From the IMG/VR virus record IMGVR_UViG_3300033148_003679, positions 1-64,000 of that record: a stretch of DNA of 64,000 nt, one strand, 5' to 3'. Shown here piece by piece: positions 61,926 to 64,000 of this stretch (position 1 is its first letter; each line of letters opens with the position of its first letter). The stretch is from a virus. Below the pieces are notes generated by a model, which searched no databases, had not been told where the DNA came from, and saw only the letters and a program-made list of their open reading frames with translations. The position numbers and the translations under genes were made by a program.

Positions 61926-62291
61926 ATGGGTATAGGCGACACGTTGGATGATAATGTTGTTGGACGAAACAAAACGAACATGAGGAGACAAACGATGACT
62001 AACAAAAAGAGACATGTAATTGTGACCACAGACTCTAGCCGACGAGGGGTATTTTTCGGAACGCTCAAATCGGGTGATGTCGGTAGCCCGGTAGAGTTGA
62101 CAGATGCTCGGATGATCGTCTATTGGTCTGCCGCCACACATGGGGTACTTGGCTTGGCGGCGACAGGCCCGGCAGATGGGTCGAGAGTGGGGCCCAGTGT
62201 ACCACAAATCCGGCTCGATGGTGTAACGGCGATCATCGAGTGTACACCAGAAGCTGTTGCACGATTTGCAAGCGGTGAACTCTGGAGTTGA
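61926..62291 (+). CDS. DUF6948-like protein
   Basis: VIVTTDSSRRGVFFG...LTDARMIVYW...LAATGP. Likely start is MTNKKRH. Confidence 0.7.
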   Translation: MGIGDTLDDNVVGRNKTNMRRQTMTNKKRHVIVTTDSSRRGVFFGTLKSGDVGSPVELTDARMIVYWSAATHGVLGLAATGPADGSRVGPSVPQIRLDGVTAIIECTPEAVARFASGELWS

Positions 62292-62662
62292 AAACGATGA
62301 TGCGATACATCATAACGCAGGCGGATATTGACGCTGCCAGAACAGCACGTGCATGTGAAAATAGACTGAACCTATACCATGTTGGCGACGATCTGTTTGA
62401 CAAGCTGACGTATACAGATGCAGTCTGGATCGAAGATAAATTGCCGGACAGTGCAAAAACGATATTGAATGCTTTTAGCGTACCGCTTTACGCTATGGCG
62501 CGCGACGGCTGCGGCGACGGCTTCGGCTACGGCGACGGCTCCGGCTTCGGCTTCGGCTATGGCTACAGCTCCGGTTCCGGCTTCGGCTCCGGCTTCGGCT
62601 ACGGCTACAGCGACGGTTCTGGCGACGGCTTCGGCCACGGCTACGGCAGCGGCGACAATTAA
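62288..62662 (+). CDS. Gly-rich repeat protein, paralog 2
   Basis: N-terminal domain nearly identical to paralog 1. Confidence 0.75.
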   Translation: MKTMMRYIITQADIDAARTARACENRLNLYHVGDDLFDKLTYTDAVWIEDKLPDSAKTILNAFSVPLYAMARDGCGDGFGYGDGSGFGFGYGYSSGSGFGSGFGYGYSDGSGDGFGHGYGSGDN

Positions 62663-62716
62663 CATCGGGTTTGTGATCAACGCGGTGCCGAGATGGGCAT
62701 AGCATGAAAGGATGAA

Positions 62717-62971
62717 ATGATGGATTGGGAATATATAAATACTTGGGTACGGGCGATGTCTCAAGAGTTCGGCGGCATTGTGTATGATAAAGAAGACGGA
62801 AACAGACGCCTTGATTGGGGGCAAGCATTATGTCGCCAAGTGTTCGGGATTGATTGGATGAACAATCCTGCATGGCGAGATGCTGACAATTCGCCGACAG
62901 TTCCCCTTGAGGTATGGAAAGCTGCGAAAAAATGGCGTCATGGCGATTGGCCTGAATGGGCAGAGGTATAA
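62717..62971 (+). CDS. Hypothetical Trp-rich protein
   Basis: AAGGA RBS; 84 aa. Confidence 0.5.
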   Translation: MMDWEYINTWVRAMSQEFGGIVYDKEDGNRRLDWGQALCRQVFGIDWMNNPAWRDADNSPTVPLEVWKAAKKWRHGDWPEWAEV

Positions 62972-63150
62972 ACCAATGAAATAACTTTTGCAGCCAGCGG
63001 CGGCGCGATGGCGCGTCGGTAAGGGTATGCGCTCTTGCTATCAGGATTAGTGGTGCGACGACAGCCCATGTAAAGGTCGGAAAAGGCGTATACGTGAAGG
63101 GAAGTACGGTGGGGTAACCGTACCTGCTGGCCGCGCATGAAAGGAAACGG

Positions 63151-63324
63151 ATGATGATACAGACATTGAACGGAGTTTTAATTCCCGAAACCATAGCTGA
63201 GGCAGAGTTTCTATATGATGGGACAAACGATATTTCCGATCTCGACAATCCCGACAAGACATCTGCCGAGGCCGTAGCAAGACACCTTGCAGAACAAAAG
63301 GCAAAATACGGAATAAGAGACTGA
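63151..63324 (+). CDS. Small hypothetical protein (57 aa)
   Basis: Follows the repeated CCTGCTGGCCGCGCATGAAAGGA leader. Confidence 0.5.
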   Translation: MMIQTLNGVLIPETIAEAEFLYDGTNDISDLDNPDKTSAEAVARHLAEQKAKYGIRD

Positions 63325-63411
63325 CCATGCGGCCAGCGGCGATCTGGCATGTAGCACAATTCTAGATCGATGCTTGGCCAGATTCCTGCTGGCCGCGCAT
63401 GAAAGGATGAG

Positions 63412-63636
63412 ATGATGAGAAGAGATTTGATATTCAAAGTGCATGAGACTTGCCGAGATAAAAAATATCCAGGCGTAGCTGATCTTTTCGCTTTCAACGA
63501 AACTATTGATGCTGGGATTGGCAGTGCTTATACTTCAGTAACAATGGATCTTCTTGAAGATCTTGATACTGAACTTGCCACAAGAGTTATGGCTGGAGAG
63601 ACAATAAGATGTCGATTGGAAATTGTAACTGACTAA
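63412..63636 (+). CDS. Hypothetical protein
   Basis: Follows the same repeated leader. Confidence 0.5.
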   Translation: MMRRDLIFKVHETCRDKKYPGVADLFAFNETIDAGIGSAYTSVTMDLLEDLDTELATRVMAGETIRCRLEIVTD

Positions 63637-64000
63637 CTTTTGCAGCCAGTGGCAACGTATAAACTCAACGCGGCAAAAGAGGGGTGTACAGAATGAGAAT
63701 AGCAACACTACCTAATTGCAGTGAATGTGGGCGATTTTGTATCCCACAAGATAGCGGCACAATGTATGGTAGTTATAATGATTATGAGCCGCCCGAAGAT
63801 GTTCTGTTGTGCCCACGTTGTGCCGATAGAAAGATGGCAGAAGCGATAAGGGCCCCCGCAACAATCATAGTCGGGTGTTGGTGGAGGAAACCGGATTATG
63901 TATCTGTAGCAAAAAGTATTTTACGCCACAGAAGGAAACATGGCAATGTTCAAGACCCTAAGTGATACGAAGTATATTGGTGTTGACCCGGGATTGTAAC

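Noticed and set aside
61389-62698. Diversity-generating retroelement TR/VR pair
   Set aside because: No reverse transcriptase is seen in the window, and the paralog differences are not adenine-specific.
61491-63497. Ala/Val- and Ala/Thr-rich or Arg/Ser-rich ORFs (61491-62207, 61588-61935, 62372-62824, 62493-63497)
   Set aside because: These are alternative-frame or antisense shadows of the Gly-rich repeat genes.
1-64000. tRNA, rRNA, integrase, transposase or intein
   Set aside because: None recognised by eye. A tRNAscan-SE or Infernal run would be needed to exclude small RNA genes.

Overview
This window is part of a large tailed-phage genome, siphovirus-like, with no integrase or host genes seen. 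The minus-strand left arm (1-23.7 kb) is a morphogenesis operon: tape measure, frameshifted tail chaperones, tail tube, neck and head-tail genes, major capsid, scaffold, SPP1-type portal and terminase subunits. An 11-gene glycan-modification cluster is inserted into it. A class II ribonucleotide reductase and two DNA methyltransferases follow, then a repeat-rich strand switch at about 31-32 kb. The plus-strand arm has many small genes under consensus sigma70 promoters, including a histone-fold protein, TatA next to a Tat-signal protein, a beta-clamp-like protein, recombination genes and a DinG helicase. The standout is 41.5-44.1 kb: a stand-alone Cas7/RAMP-like gene and a partner gene, surrounded by seven phase-locked (NN-GGY)n tracts with conserved tails. 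This is a candidate non-CRISPR RNA-guided system whose information sits in the variable dinucleotides. All family calls are from motifs recognised by eye; no searches were run.
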